The notes beneath the pieces are model-generated. The model was not told the origin of the DNA and did not search any database. It saw only the letters and a list, made by a program, of their open reading frames with translations. From positions 12,425 to 76,424 of the forward strand of contig JBGSSB010000092.1 of assembly GCA_041737255.1 (NCBI GenBank): a stretch of 64,000 bases of DNA. Reading direction: 5' to 3'. Below, one piece after another: positions 35,793-45,502 of the stretch; position 1 is the first letter of the stretch; each line of letters starts with the position of its first letter. A program made the position numbers and the translations under genes. This DNA is from Chlamydiales bacterium. GTDB taxonomy: Bacteria; Chlamydiota; Chlamydiia; Chlamydiales; FEN-1388.

Positions 35793-37172
35793 TTATTTTG
35801 AGGTTGGCTCCCATGCAGGAAAAATTTTCACTCCAGGTCCTGAAGTAATCTTCACGGCTTTTGGTTGATTAAGGTTCATAAGATAAATTTCTGTTCCATG
35901 AGAGTCTGTGGAATTAAAAAGAAGATGTAAGCTGTTTGATGCCCAAACAGGATTTTCTTTATTAGATTTTCCTTCAGTTATCTGGCGTTCTGTTTTTGTT
36001 TCAAAGTCATAGACCCAGATTTGTCTTTCGGGAGTGCCGTTACGAGAACAGTAGGCAATCTTTTTGCCGTCGGGAGACCAGCAGGGTGCTGTGTTTTCGC
36101 GGCAGCGTCTTGAAATAAGCTCGAGTTTAATATCTTTAAGCTTTGTTGTAGGAGAAGGGATATTCATGATGTATATTTTTGGAGTTCCATCTTTATTGGA
36201 AACAAACGCAATTCTTTTTCCATCGGGAGAAAAAGTTGGAGAAGCATTGGCTGCGGCTGTGGCTGTAAAAATTTGCCGTGGTTTTACTTCTTCTCCTGGC
36301 TTGCTACAGACCGGCTGTATAAAAATATCGGCTTTACCTGTTACATCAGATGCAAAAGCAAGCATTGTTCCATCTGGGCTAACGCCTGGGGTAACCTGGT
36401 TTGCGCGAAGAGGGCTAACTCTTTCGAATTTGGTATTGTTCAGAGAGCTTATGTAAATTTTTGGCTGACCTATGAGGTAGGAGACGTAGAGAAAGTTAGA
36501 TGAGTTTGGGATAAACATAGGATTTGCGCATAAAGAGCCTGTGTTTGTAAGCTGCCGTACGTTGTGGCCATCGTAGTCACTTATATAGACCTCTGAGAGG
36601 TATTTTGGCTCTTGCTTAGGTCTGTCAACTTTTCTTTTTGACGTGTAGAGAATACGACTCATGGCAATGCCTGGTTTTGAAAATAAAAGCTTGTGTATTG
36701 AGTCGGTGAGCTGATGGACTTTCACTCTATCTTTGTTAAGGTCGCCTGATAAAATAATGTGGTCGATGGTATTGGCTGTTTGTCCGTTTACTGAAACTAT
36801 TTTTGCAATAAGCTCATTTCCGTTGATCTTTAGTTTTGTAAGGTAAAGCACGCCGTCTGCTTTTAGTTTTGAAAAATCAATAGCCCCATCAAATTGGTTT
36901 TGATTTGCCAAAGAAGAGTAAGCACTTACTTCTTTTGGCATAAGTGCTCGTGTAGATCCGTTATTGTCTATGTCAAAGAGAAATACCTTGCGAATCTCTT
37001 CAGCGTAAATCTTCCCTAGTTTTGAGTTTGCACTGTCTACGGAACTTACAAAAATGGGGATAAGTTCAACTTCGCTTGAAAGCTGAATAAATATTTCTTC
37101 TTCATCAGCGTGCATAAAAACGGATGTGAGCAAAAAAGAAAGTAAAAAAAAGAGGCGCATAGACAACTCCAA
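35793..37172 (-). CDS. tolB: TolB beta-propeller protein
   Basis: 459 aa with a signal peptide. WD-like repeats with recurring P.(F/W)SPDG(K/T) motifs (VSPDGTMLAF, FSPDGKRIAF, WSPDGKKIAY). An alternative start is the ATG at 37160. Confidence 0.85.
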   Translation of the reverse strand: MELSMRLFFLLSFLLTSVFMHADEEEIFIQLSSEVELIPIFVSSVDSANSKLGKIYAEEIRKVFLFDIDNNGSTRALMPKEVSAYSSLANQNQFDGAIDFSKLKADGVLYLTKLKINGNELIAKIVSVNGQTANTIDHIILSGDLNKDRVKVHQLTDSIHKLLFSKPGIAMSRILYTSKRKVDRPKQEPKYLSEVYISDYDGHNVRQLTNTGSLCANPMFIPNSSNFLYVSYLIGQPKIYISSLNNTKFERVSPLRANQVTPGVSPDGTMLAFASDVTGKADIFIQPVCSKPGEEVKPRQIFTATAAANASPTFSPDGKRIAFVSNKDGTPKIYIMNIPSPTTKLKDIKLELISRRCRENTAPCWSPDGKKIAYCSRNGTPERQIWVYDFETKTERQITEGKSNKENPVWASNSLHLLFNSTDSHGTEIYLMNLNQPKAVKITSGPGVKIFPAWEPTSK

Positions 37173-37226
37173 AGTATTCTTTCAGAATAAAGTGAAGAGC
37201 AAAAAACAACAAGAAGAACCGTGTAG

Positions 37227-38375
37227 CTAGTAACTAAGTTCGTTGGTAAGCGTAAGCTTAAAGGTGTGTTCTTTTTCATTTGGGAAGTTTTGACCAAATG
37301 GAGGAAGGTGAGCCTTCGGGAGTGCATTTTTTATGTACTCTGAGTTTTTTGTGCTTTTAGAGGTGATGCTTTTTATGGAGGAGACTTTTCCTGATCGCAG
37401 TATGGTTAGCTGTAGCTTAACCTCTCCATATTCAGGTAGCTTTAAGCTAAGCTTAAGGCGGCTTACAAGCTCATCGTAGTAGGTTCGCTCTGCTGGGGTG
37501 CAGTTGGCTGTTTCTGTTGCATCTACCGCTACAAGAGACTCTGCTGATAGACTGGTTATAGAGGAAGGGCCTGAGGGTGCTGCTTTAGCGGCACTTGCTG
37601 CTAAAGCAGCTTTTTTCCCATCGATACGCCCAGCAGAATCTAGTGATGAAAGAGCTTGATTAAGCATCGACTGCTTTTTTGCAGCTTGAGCTTTTGCAGC
37701 GGCTTGTTTGGCCGCTGCCTGCTTTGCTGCAGCTTCGTTTGCTTTTTGTCGTGTTTTTTCTGCTTGCTTTTGCTGTTCTTGAATTTTCTCTTTTTGGCTT
37801 TTTGTTTGCTCTGTCACTTTTGGAGCTGGTTTTGTTTGAGGTTTTGATTTAACGGGCGTTGGTTTTGGCTGTGGTTTCGGGGGTGACTTGATAGCAGCTT
37901 TGACAACAGCTTTGGCAACAGGTTTAGGCGCTTGTTTGACTACTGGTTTTGGTTGTGCTTTAGGAGTGCTTTTAACTTCAGCTGGTGTAGTTTTCTCTGG
38001 AGGCGCTTCAGGTTTTACTGGTTCTTGTGTGATGGTTTTTTCTACGGCTTTTTCTGCCGGCGCAATTTTTTCTTCAATTTTTTCATTTGAGGGCGCTGTT
38101 ATTGCAATGGCATTTTTTGCTGGCGGCAGAGCTTGTGGTTTTACAGACTCTTTGGCAGCAAAGCTAGTAGGTGGGCTTTTTAAAGCAACAGTGTGAACAA
38201 TTAGTTTTTGTGTTGTTTTTTTTAGTGGTGTGGCAGCAGCAGTAAACGTAATGGCAAAAAGCACGAGAATGTGAACAGAGAAGACTGCAATAGCTATTTT
38301 CCAGTTGGTCTCAAGCTGTAGCTCGGGCCAACTGATTGAGTTATATGGCTTGCGAGCTGTTTCAAGGGTGATCAT
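37227..38375 (-). CDS. tolA: TolA/TonB-like protein
   Basis: N-terminal TM, a long P/K/A/Q-rich linker (AAKQAAAKQAAAKAQAAKK) and a C-terminal TonB_C/TolA_C-like domain of about 90 aa. Positioned between tolR and tolB. Confidence 0.65.
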   Translation of the reverse strand: MITLETARKPYNSISWPELQLETNWKIAIAVFSVHILVLFAITFTAAATPLKKTTQKLIVHTVALKSPPTSFAAKESVKPQALPPAKNAIAITAPSNEKIEEKIAPAEKAVEKTITQEPVKPEAPPEKTTPAEVKSTPKAQPKPVVKQAPKPVAKAVVKAAIKSPPKPQPKPTPVKSKPQTKPAPKVTEQTKSQKEKIQEQQKQAEKTRQKANEAAAKQAAAKQAAAKAQAAKKQSMLNQALSSLDSAGRIDGKKAALAASAAKAAPSGPSSITSLSAESLVAVDATETANCTPAERTYYDELVSRLKLSLKLPEYGEVKLQLTILRSGKVSSIKSITSKSTKNSEYIKNALPKAHLPPFGQNFPNEKEHTFKLTLTNELSY

Positions 38376-38384
38376 TACACATTC

Positions 38385-38813
38385 CTATGATGGAGAAAGG
38401 ACAATGTCCACTTCTTTAAATTCTGCAGCCTCTAGAGCATTTTTTACCGATTGATAGGTGCCGAAGTAGGCTTCTTTGTGATGAAATAGTTGTGCTCTTG
38501 CCTCTGGCATCGCTGCTTTTGCTCGTTTAAGATAGGTCATAAGCTCCGATAGCGTTACCTCTTCGTGGTTAAACAAAATCCTGTTGTCTTGTTGTACGTG
38601 AATTTGTATTTCACTGGCATCTTCAAAGCGTACCGGAAGATGTGAGGGAATTTGCCCCCCATAGGCAAGCTCAACGCGGTCCATTTCTAGTAGTGGTGCA
38701 ATTACGATGAAAGCAATTAAAATCACAAACACGACGTCTACAAGAGGTGTAATGTTAATTGTAGGCTCTTGAGGTAGCTCTAAGGTCTTTTGAGATGAAT
38801 TTCTTCTACCCAT
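38385..38813 (-). CDS. tolR: TolR/ExbD family protein
   Basis: 142 aa. INITPLVDVVFVILIAFIV is the typical ExbD/TolR TM motif. Confidence 0.8.
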   Translation of the reverse strand: MGRRNSSQKTLELPQEPTINITPLVDVVFVILIAFIVIAPLLEMDRVELAYGGQIPSHLPVRFEDASEIQIHVQQDNRILFNHEEVTLSELMTYLKRAKAAMPEARAQLFHHKEAYFGTYQSVKNALEAAEFKEVDIVLSPS

Positions 38814-38815
38814 AG

Positions 38816-39565
38816 CTATTCACCTGATTTTCTGTAATGGATTTCTAGTGTTGAAAGTACATCTGTTGCAAAGCGATCCATGTCGGCATCAAAGTCGTGA
38901 ACAACGTTTTTGAGGTAATTGTACCCAATGAGTGCTGGGATGGCATCGATAAGGCCTAAGACTGTGGTGGATAGGGCAAGCGATAGCCCTCCCAATATTA
39001 TCTGGTTAGAGCCGCCTCCTGTAGAGGATTTGAGTTCAGTAAATGTTACCAAGATACCATATACAGTGCCTAGGAGCCCAAGAAAAGGTGCGAGAGTAAC
39101 TATGGTCGAAAGAATGTAGAGGTGTTTTTCTAAAAACTTTGTGAGTGTTGAAATTGTAGAGGTTGCATGGGTTTCTAGCAGGGCAATATCAGCGCTGCAA
39201 AGATGGGCTTCGGCCTCTTTTTTCTCTTGGGGTTCAATGTTTTTGCAGTTTTTATCAAAAATCTCTAAAGTTTTATTTTTCAATACGTCATAAATGATAC
39301 CGAATGCATTTGGGTATTCGCTATTTTTTGCAAGTGGGTTAGAAACGGTAAGAGGTTCGCTTCGAGAATCAAAGAATGTTTTTCGAAACTGTATCGAATT
39401 CTTTTTTACCTGCTTTGTGAGCCATACTTTATGTATAAGAACGCTCCATGTAATGACCGATAAAGCAATAAGTAAAATAAAAATGATCTTGCCAAGAAGA
39501 TCTGATTGCGTATAAGCATCGAAAAAAGGATTGCCTTGGCAAAGAAAGCAGGACATTATGGACAT
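38816..39565 (-). CDS. tolQ: TolQ/ExbB (MotA family) proton channel protein
   Basis: Three TMs and the APFLGLLGTVYGI motif. The likely start is the ATG at 39565; the track ORF extends to 39649 and would overlap the dsbD start. Confidence 0.8.
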   Translation of the reverse strand: MSIMSCFLCQGNPFFDAYTQSDLLGKIIFILLIALSVITWSVLIHKVWLTKQVKKNSIQFRKTFFDSRSEPLTVSNPLAKNSEYPNAFGIIYDVLKNKTLEIFDKNCKNIEPQEKKEAEAHLCSADIALLETHATSTISTLTKFLEKHLYILSTIVTLAPFLGLLGTVYGILVTFTELKSSTGGGSNQIILGGLSLALSTTVLGLIDAIPALIGYNYLKNVVHDFDADMDRFATDVLSTLEIHYRKSGE

Positions 39566-39637
39566 GGTAAGCACCTTGTTGTAGATTACTAAAAAGGTAA
39601 CGTAAAAGACACGATTTGTCAATTTGAGGAAAAAAGA

Positions 39638-42037
39638 ATGATCAAACAACTGATTTTGCTCGTAGCATTTATCACCACGTATATGAACGCACCTCTCTTA
39701 GCTGTTGAGCCTTATAGCCCAAAAGCACTTGGATTTCAGATTATTGCTGAGGCTGAGGCTGACCCTCTGACTTCTCCTTATAGCTCTACAAATCAAGAAA
39801 TTGTTTCTGTGAAGATGGTTTCTGAAGATTCCGCGATTGTTCCAGGAAAATCTTTTTGGGTAGCCTTTCAGTTTACTATGGGGCCCGAGTGGCACCTTTA
39901 TTGGAAAAATCCAGGCGATGCAGGACAAGGTCCTATGATCGAATGGTCCTTACCCGCAGGTTTTCAAGTAGCAGATGTTTTTTGGCCAGCTCCCGAGCGT
40001 ATTCAGATTGACCAGTCAGTGATTTACGGATATTCCAACAAACTTGTATTGCTTGCTCAAATTACAACCCCGCAAGATCTTAAAACTGGATCTAGTGTAG
40101 ATGTGAAGGCTAAAGTTGATTGGTTTGGTTGCAGCAGTGTCTGTGTGCCAGGCGAGGCGTCGTTTGATATGAAGCTGCAGGTAGCAGATGCTAAACAAGA
40201 GGTAAGCAAGCCTGTCGCATCATTATTCAAGAGAGCAAGAAGTGCCCTACCTTTAGACGCATCAAATACCCAAGCGGCCATAAAAGGTGATACGTTAGAA
40301 ATTCGCGTCCATCAGGATATGCCTTTTAGCTCAGTTAAAAATGCCTATTTTTTTGTAGAACAACAAGATGTGCTGGATCCTCGGATTGCACCGGCATGGG
40401 AATTGTCAGATGATAATAGCACACTTATTGTTCGAGTAGTCAGTGATAAGCTTTCGCAGTCTGATGTGCAGTTTCCGTTGCGAGGTGTTCTTGTTGTAGA
40501 AGAGCAGAGCTCACTTGGTAAGTTAAGTGCAGCGTGGAATATTCAGGTTTCAGAGGCTTCTGCTACAGCTGGCGGGGCAACTGTTGGTGAAGATAGTAAG
40601 AGCTCTTCAAATGATGCCATGATGATAGAGCAGCAAAAAGCTACAGGCGTTGAGGCGCATCTTGAGGCACTAGAGAATACAATCTGGTACAGAAATTTGC
40701 TTACTCAATTTTCTCTTTTTATTAAGTCCGAACTAGCAAAGATTATTTTATGGGCCTTTTTAGGGGGGCTCCTGCTAAATATTATGCCATGTGTGTTGCC
40801 TGTAGTTAGCTTTAAGTTACTGCACTTTGTCCAACTACGGGGCCATAGTCGCATGACGGCTGTCAAACATGGGCTACTTTATACATTTGGTGTTTTACTT
40901 TCGTTTTGGGCTCTTTCTGCAACGATATATGCTCTGCAATCAGTGGGTCATATTGTGGGTTGGGGTTTCCAGCTTCAAGAGCCAATGTTTGTGACTTTTC
41001 TTATTATTGTGCTGTTTATTCTCTCGCTTAGTTTGTTTGGAGTGTTTGAATTTGGAGTTTCTGTTTCTTCGACTACAGGTGCGTGGGATCAGTCCTTTTC
41101 AAAGCGTATTGCCACAACAGTAGATGAGCCTTCTTATACATCATCCTTTGCAAGCGGAATTTTGGCAGCTTTTGTTGCGGCGCCATGTACAGGGCCTCTT
41201 TTAGGCTCTGCAATTGGGTTTGCAGCAACGCTTAATCCTACAAGCTCGTTTGCCATCTTTTCTGCGTTAGGTCTCGGAATGGCTTCTCCATTTTTACTTA
41301 TTTCTCTCTTCCCTGGACTAATAAAAATTTTACCAAAGCCAGGTCGCTGGATGGTTACTTTTAAGCAGCTTATGGGCTTCCTTATGTTGGCTACCGTTCT
41401 TTGGCTAGTATGGGTACTTGATGCCCAAACAATGGGGCTTTCAAATATTTTGTTATTGTTAAGTCTTTTTATTATTGGATTTGGAACATGGATATATGGC
41501 AACTGGGGAGGGTATGATCGAGAAAAATCAACTCGAATCATAGCGACCCTTGCAGCGCTAGCTGTTATAGCTGGTGGGTCATGGTTTTTTATTGCAAATG
41601 TAAAAAATGCCCGTGCAACGGCCGAAGACTTTGCTTCTAAGACAGAAAGTCCCGTATCGCAGGTTGTTGGTAAGGAGTGGGAGACATTTTCGCTTCCAAG
41701 CCTGCAACGTTATGTACAAAAGGGAGTGCCTGTTTTCGTTGACGTTACTGCCAAGTGGTGTCTTACCTGCCAGACAAATCATATCGTCCTAGAGTCTGAC
41801 AAAGTTAAAGATGCCTTTGTGAAGTATGGCGTAGTAAAGATGAAAGCCGACTGGACAATGAATGATGAAAATATTACACGCTATATCCGTAGTCTAGGAA
41901 GAAATGGTGTGCCGGTATATGTTGTTTACAGTACTGATCCTGCGGTTACTCCTGTTGTTTTGCCAGAGGTTATCACACCAGAAATGGTGATAGAGGCAAT
42001 CAGAAGTGTAAGTGCTCAAGAAAAAACTGGTAAATAA
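39638..42037 (+). CDS. dsbD: Thiol:disulfide interchange protein DsbD with an enlarged N-terminal periplasmic domain
   Basis: 799 aa. DsbD-alpha-like N-terminus (FGCSSVCVP), a central membrane domain with MPCVLPV and AAPCTGPLLG, and a C-terminal thioredoxin with WCLTCQ. Confidence 0.85.
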   Translation: MIKQLILLVAFITTYMNAPLLAVEPYSPKALGFQIIAEAEADPLTSPYSSTNQEIVSVKMVSEDSAIVPGKSFWVAFQFTMGPEWHLYWKNPGDAGQGPMIEWSLPAGFQVADVFWPAPERIQIDQSVIYGYSNKLVLLAQITTPQDLKTGSSVDVKAKVDWFGCSSVCVPGEASFDMKLQVADAKQEVSKPVASLFKRARSALPLDASNTQAAIKGDTLEIRVHQDMPFSSVKNAYFFVEQQDVLDPRIAPAWELSDDNSTLIVRVVSDKLSQSDVQFPLRGVLVVEEQSSLGKLSAAWNIQVSEASATAGGATVGEDSKSSSNDAMMIEQQKATGVEAHLEALENTIWYRNLLTQFSLFIKSELAKIILWAFLGGLLLNIMPCVLPVVSFKLLHFVQLRGHSRMTAVKHGLLYTFGVLLSFWALSATIYALQSVGHIVGWGFQLQEPMFVTFLIIVLFILSLSLFGVFEFGVSVSSTTGAWDQSFSKRIATTVDEPSYTSSFASGILAAFVAAPCTGPLLGSAIGFAATLNPTSSFAIFSALGLGMASPFLLISLFPGLIKILPKPGRWMVTFKQLMGFLMLATVLWLVWVLDAQTMGLSNILLLLSLFIIGFGTWIYGNWGGYDREKSTRIIATLAALAVIAGGSWFFIANVKNARATAEDFASKTESPVSQVVGKEWETFSLPSLQRYVQKGVPVFVDVTAKWCLTCQTNHIVLESDKVKDAFVKYGVVKMKADWTMNDENITRYIRSLGRNGVPVYVVYSTDPAVTPVVLPEVITPEMVIEAIRSVSAQEKTGK

Positions 42038-42053
42038 GAGGAGTACTTAACGC

Positions 42054-42827
42054 GTGTCTTTTATTGATGCCCATGCGCATCTTACCTTTGATGAACATGC
42101 AGATTTAGAGCCCCTGCTGCAAAAAGCGTTTGCAGCAGGCGTGCGAGGTATAATTAATGTTTGTACCGAGCTTGACGATCTTAAGCGTGGGGTGGCCCTT
42201 GCCAAAACAGCTGTAGAGCCAAAAGTTTATCTAGCGGCGGCTCTTACACCACATGATGCTTTAAAAGATGACACACTTTTTTATGCTGAAATTGAGCGCC
42301 TAGCTAAGTTAGAGGAACTTGTCGCTATTGGTGAAACAGGACTCGACTACTACTATAACCACGCCCCTCGCGATGTGCAGCTGCAGGCGCTTCGCCGCTA
42401 TCTTAAATTGGCCGACAGCACAAACCTCCCGGTAGTTATTCATTGTCGTGATGCTTTTGATGACCTTGTTACAGCAATTGATGATACGGCTCCAAACATA
42501 CATGTGATGCTTCACTGTTTCACGGGTAGTGTTGAAGAGGCAAAGCGAGCTGCTGATCGTGGATGGTATATATCCATGAGCGGTATTGTTACATTCCCAA
42601 AAAGTGTAGCGCTACAAGAAGTTGCAAAAGCAGTTCCGCAAGAGCTTTTGCTTATTGAAACCGATAGCCCTTATTTGGCACCTCAAGGGTTTAGGGGTCA
42701 AAAAAATGAGCCAGCTTTACTTGTGAATACGGCTAAGTTTATTGCAGATCTTCGTGGCCAGAGCCTCGATGCACTTGCAAGCTCTACAGCCGCTAACACT
42801 AAAAGGCTCTTTCATGGCGTTTCCTGA
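42054..42827 (+). CDS. tatD: TatD-family metal-dependent hydrolase
   Basis: GTG start. Motifs IDAHAHL, IGETGLDYY, VVIHCRDA, HCFTG and ETDSPYL. Confidence 0.85.
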   Translation: MSFIDAHAHLTFDEHADLEPLLQKAFAAGVRGIINVCTELDDLKRGVALAKTAVEPKVYLAAALTPHDALKDDTLFYAEIERLAKLEELVAIGETGLDYYYNHAPRDVQLQALRRYLKLADSTNLPVVIHCRDAFDDLVTAIDDTAPNIHVMLHCFTGSVEEAKRAADRGWYISMSGIVTFPKSVALQEVAKAVPQELLLIETDSPYLAPQGFRGQKNEPALLVNTAKFIADLRGQSLDALASSTAANTKRLFHGVS

Positions 42828-43755
42828 AAAGCTTCCCTTACCAGATGCCGTATATGAGGCAAGAAAAGCAAGAAATAGTGCCATTATACGTGTGGCATTA
42901 ATTGGCATTGCCGTGAGGATGGTTATTGTCTTTTCCGAATTCATAGGATTTTTGCTTTTCGATAGCAAAACCTTGCTCTTAGATAGCCTTGCAACGCTTG
43001 CTGATGTTGTATCAAGCTTGGTGCTTGTGGTTTCGATAAAGCTTGCCCAGCGCCCACCTGATGCTGAACATCCGTTTGGACATGGCCGGTATGAGCCTAT
43101 AGCAGGCCTTCAGCTGGGGCTGTTTTTAGCTATTGCTGGTATTGGTTTGTTTTCACAGCAGGTGTCTGCTTTGTGGGGAGGGACAGATGTACAAACTATG
43201 AATCCTTATGTGTGGGTGTTTGCTTTAACATCTGTGCTTTTACTTGAATTTACTTATCGAAGGATGAGGCGCGTTGCTAATGAACAAAAAAGTCCTGCAC
43301 TTTTAGCTGAGGCGCTGCATTTTCGAACAGATAGTTTAAATAGTATACTTGCTTTATTGGCCTTAGGTGCTGCTGCGCTTTTTCCGGAAGTGGCTAGTAT
43401 TTGTGATCGCATCGGAGCGCTGCTTATTGCATCTTGCATGTGCGGTATGGGGCTTTTTGCAGCAAAAAAAAACCTCAATCAGCTACTCGATCGTGTTCCG
43501 GAATCTGAGCTGTTTGAAAAAGTCAAAAATGCGGCAGTTAGTGTAGAAGGGGTAAAGGGTACCGAAAAAATCCGTATTCAACACTACGGCCCTGATGCAC
43601 ATGTTGACATCGACGTTGAAGTTGATCCATTGCTATCTGTTGAAGTAGCACACACGATAAGCCAGCATGTCCGTCATAGCATACAGTATGCCTGGCCGCA
43701 GGTGCAAGATGTCACCGTGCACATCGAACCCTTTTATGAAGATGACCATCCCTAG
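42814..43755 (+). CDS. Cation diffusion facilitator (CDF) metal efflux protein
   Basis: The likely start is the ATG at 42814 (MAFPEKL). Six TMs, motifs LADVVSS and HFRTDSLNS, and a C-terminal cytoplasmic domain. Overlaps tatD by 14 nt. Confidence 0.75.
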   Translation: MAFPEKLPLPDAVYEARKARNSAIIRVALIGIAVRMVIVFSEFIGFLLFDSKTLLLDSLATLADVVSSLVLVVSIKLAQRPPDAEHPFGHGRYEPIAGLQLGLFLAIAGIGLFSQQVSALWGGTDVQTMNPYVWVFALTSVLLLEFTYRRMRRVANEQKSPALLAEALHFRTDSLNSILALLALGAAALFPEVASICDRIGALLIASCMCGMGLFAAKKNLNQLLDRVPESELFEKVKNAAVSVEGVKGTEKIRIQHYGPDAHVDIDVEVDPLLSVEVAHTISQHVRHSIQYAWPQVQDVTVHIEPFYEDDHP

Positions 43756-43819
43756 CCTTTATTTGAGGCGATTCATATATAAAAAAGATACGAAGGATTC
43801 TCTAGCGTGGGCATAACAA

Positions 43820-43874
43820 CGGCGTTGTTACATAAACTACCAATGGTTCACTGGTGATTAATGTAACAACGCCG
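43820..43874. other. 14-bp perfect inverted repeat between convergent genes
   Basis: cggcgttgttacat (43820-43833) and atgtaacaacgccg (43861-43874), with a 27-nt loop. The left arm is itself part of a near-palindrome, taacaacggcgttgtta. There is no U-tract. Confidence 0.4.
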
Positions 43875-43907
43875 TGTGCGTGTACACCCTTGGGTGGTTG
43901 AAAAAGA

Positions 43908-44243
43908 TTAGTTGTCTAAGTTGGCTTTTTCAAAGTCTTTAATTTCTTTAGCAGCTCTTTCCTGGGTGTAGCCATACTTAGCGCGAAGTTTTCCAAGTAG
44001 AATATCTTTTTTGCCATCAATTTCTGTGATGTCATCATCAGTGAGGGCGCCCCAGTTTTCTTTTACATGACCTTTTAGCTGTTGCCATCTGCCAGCCCAT
44101 ACGTCTTCGTTCATAGTGAACATATCAGTAATTGGTTCTTCTGTAGCTGGCGTAGTAGTGTCGCTATTTACAGTTTCGGCTGCCTGAATAGATGAAGTAG
44201 TTAATAGTAGTGAAGCAAGGCCGAATAAAAATAGTTTTTGCAT
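43908..44243 (-). CDS. CsbD-family stress protein with a signal peptide
   Basis: 111 aa. N-terminal MQKLFLFGLASLLLTTSSIQAAE, then a CsbD core, GHVKENWGALTDDDITEIDGKKDILLGKLRAKYGYTQERAAKEIKDFE. Confidence 0.7.
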   Translation of the reverse strand: MQKLFLFGLASLLLTTSSIQAAETVNSDTTTPATEEPITDMFTMNEDVWAGRWQQLKGHVKENWGALTDDDITEIDGKKDILLGKLRAKYGYTQERAAKEIKDFEKANLDN

Positions 44244-44340
44244 ACGGTTTTTCCTTTTTTAGGGTGTGATTACGAATTTGAGCATTTGCTCATGCACATA
44301 GTAGTAACTGATGGTAAGATTAAATTCTACAGCAATCCAT

Positions 44341-44937
44341 TTAAGAAGAAACTGGTTCACTATTGTGTTTTGAACTATTTTCAGACAAATGAGCTTGTTT
44401 GTAAAATAGTGCATAGGTGATTGCGCAGAGTAAAAGTACGCCTATTATTGCCACAGAAGATACGCCAAAATATTCGGGAAGGGTAGTTTTTACAAGATCG
44501 TGTGCTGGCTTTAAGTTTTCTTGAATCCACTCAAAGCACTCTGCGTAAATTGCCGCACCTGTAACCATGCCGAGAATGCCAAATTTCATCTCTTTTGCTC
44601 CGTCAGCCAGTGCGCCTATAGCAGTTCCTGGGCAGTAGCCTGTAACGGCCATTCCTATGCCAAAAATGCCGCCTCCAACTATCGTTGCAAAAAACGTTGT
44701 TGCACCTATATCAAGCTGTAGGCTTGGTTGGAAATAGCGCAATAGGGCAATGCCAGTGGCTCCAGAAATAACGCACGTCATGATTACTTTCATAACTGTA
44801 AAATCTTGGAGCAGCAGCTGCTTTACAATTACACTAAAACGAGTAACGTGGGCTTTTCTTAAAAGAAAGCCAAAGATGATTCCAGCTACAAGTCCGCTGA
44901 GAATTTCTGTCCATGAAGTAAAGAGGGTTGTTTGCAT
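44341..44937 (-). CDS. YeeE/YedE-family (sulfur-compound transport) membrane protein
   Basis: 198 aa. Multi-pass membrane protein with the motif VTGYCPGTA. Confidence 0.65.
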   Translation of the reverse strand: MQTTLFTSWTEILSGLVAGIIFGFLLRKAHVTRFSVIVKQLLLQDFTVMKVIMTCVISGATGIALLRYFQPSLQLDIGATTFFATIVGGGIFGIGMAVTGYCPGTAIGALADGAKEMKFGILGMVTGAAIYAECFEWIQENLKPAHDLVKTTLPEYFGVSSVAIIGVLLLCAITYALFYKQAHLSENSSKHNSEPVSS

Positions 44938-44958
44938 ATATAGCCTTGAATTATTTTT

Positions 44959-45492
44959 TTATGAATTAGTTTTAAATCGAGGTGAGTAGAGCAAAAAGGC
45001 CGTTGGCAAGCCAGTTGCAAAAAAGGCAAACATGAAAAGCCATCCTGATACTGCAAGCTGCATTCCCCCTGAAATGACATGTCCAGAGGTGCATCCGCCG
45101 GCAAGGCGTGCACCAAAAAGAAGAAGTATCCCTCCTAGAAATGCAGCAACCGAGCGTTTTATTTTGCTTGGACCAAATTTATTTTTCCATAGCTCTGGTA
45201 CATACTCAGGGGACTTTTTGGGACCAAGTTTGTTTGCTAGGTAAGATCCAATAAAAATTCCGAATATTGAAGCAAATTGCCAGTTGATCCACGAATTTTC
45301 ATGCAAATAACTTCTGTAATAGCCATTAGCTTCTAGATGTTCTGGACTTATGGCTTTCCATACTAGTGCAGCAAGGCGTACAAAAGTTGTGGTGGTGCCT
45401 AGGGTGTGATGAAAAAAGGTAAAGGTGAGTAGAGAGAGGCAGGCTAGTAAAAGGCCAACCAAAAATGGTGACCAACGATCTTTGTGAAGCAT
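44959..45492 (-). CDS. YeeE/YedE-family (sulfur-compound transport) membrane protein
   Basis: 177 aa with the motif LAGGCTSGHVISG. Paired with the adjacent paralogue. Confidence 0.7.
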   Translation of the reverse strand: MLHKDRWSPFLVGLLLACLSLLTFTFFHHTLGTTTTFVRLAALVWKAISPEHLEANGYYRSYLHENSWINWQFASIFGIFIGSYLANKLGPKKSPEYVPELWKNKFGPSKIKRSVAAFLGGILLLFGARLAGGCTSGHVISGGMQLAVSGWLFMFAFFATGLPTAFLLYSPRFKTNS

Positions 45493-45502
45493 GTGTCACT
45501 CC

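Noticed and set aside
36064-36456. 130-aa plus-strand ORF inside tolB
   Set aside because: It is antisense to tolB, whose beta-propeller repeats are unambiguous.
37656-38196. Two plus-strand ORFs (63 and 102 aa) with Cys/Leu/Phe- or Gly/Ala-rich translations
   Set aside because: They are the antisense reading of the low-complexity K/P/A/Q linker of the TolA-like gene, so they are a compositional artefact.
41134-41541. 135-aa minus-strand ORF inside dsbD
   Set aside because: It is antisense to the conserved DsbD membrane domain.
43801-43880. tRNA-like or small-RNA gene in the CDF/CsbD intergenic region
   Set aside because: I could not draw a cloverleaf or any known ncRNA motif. Only a simple long-loop hairpin is present.
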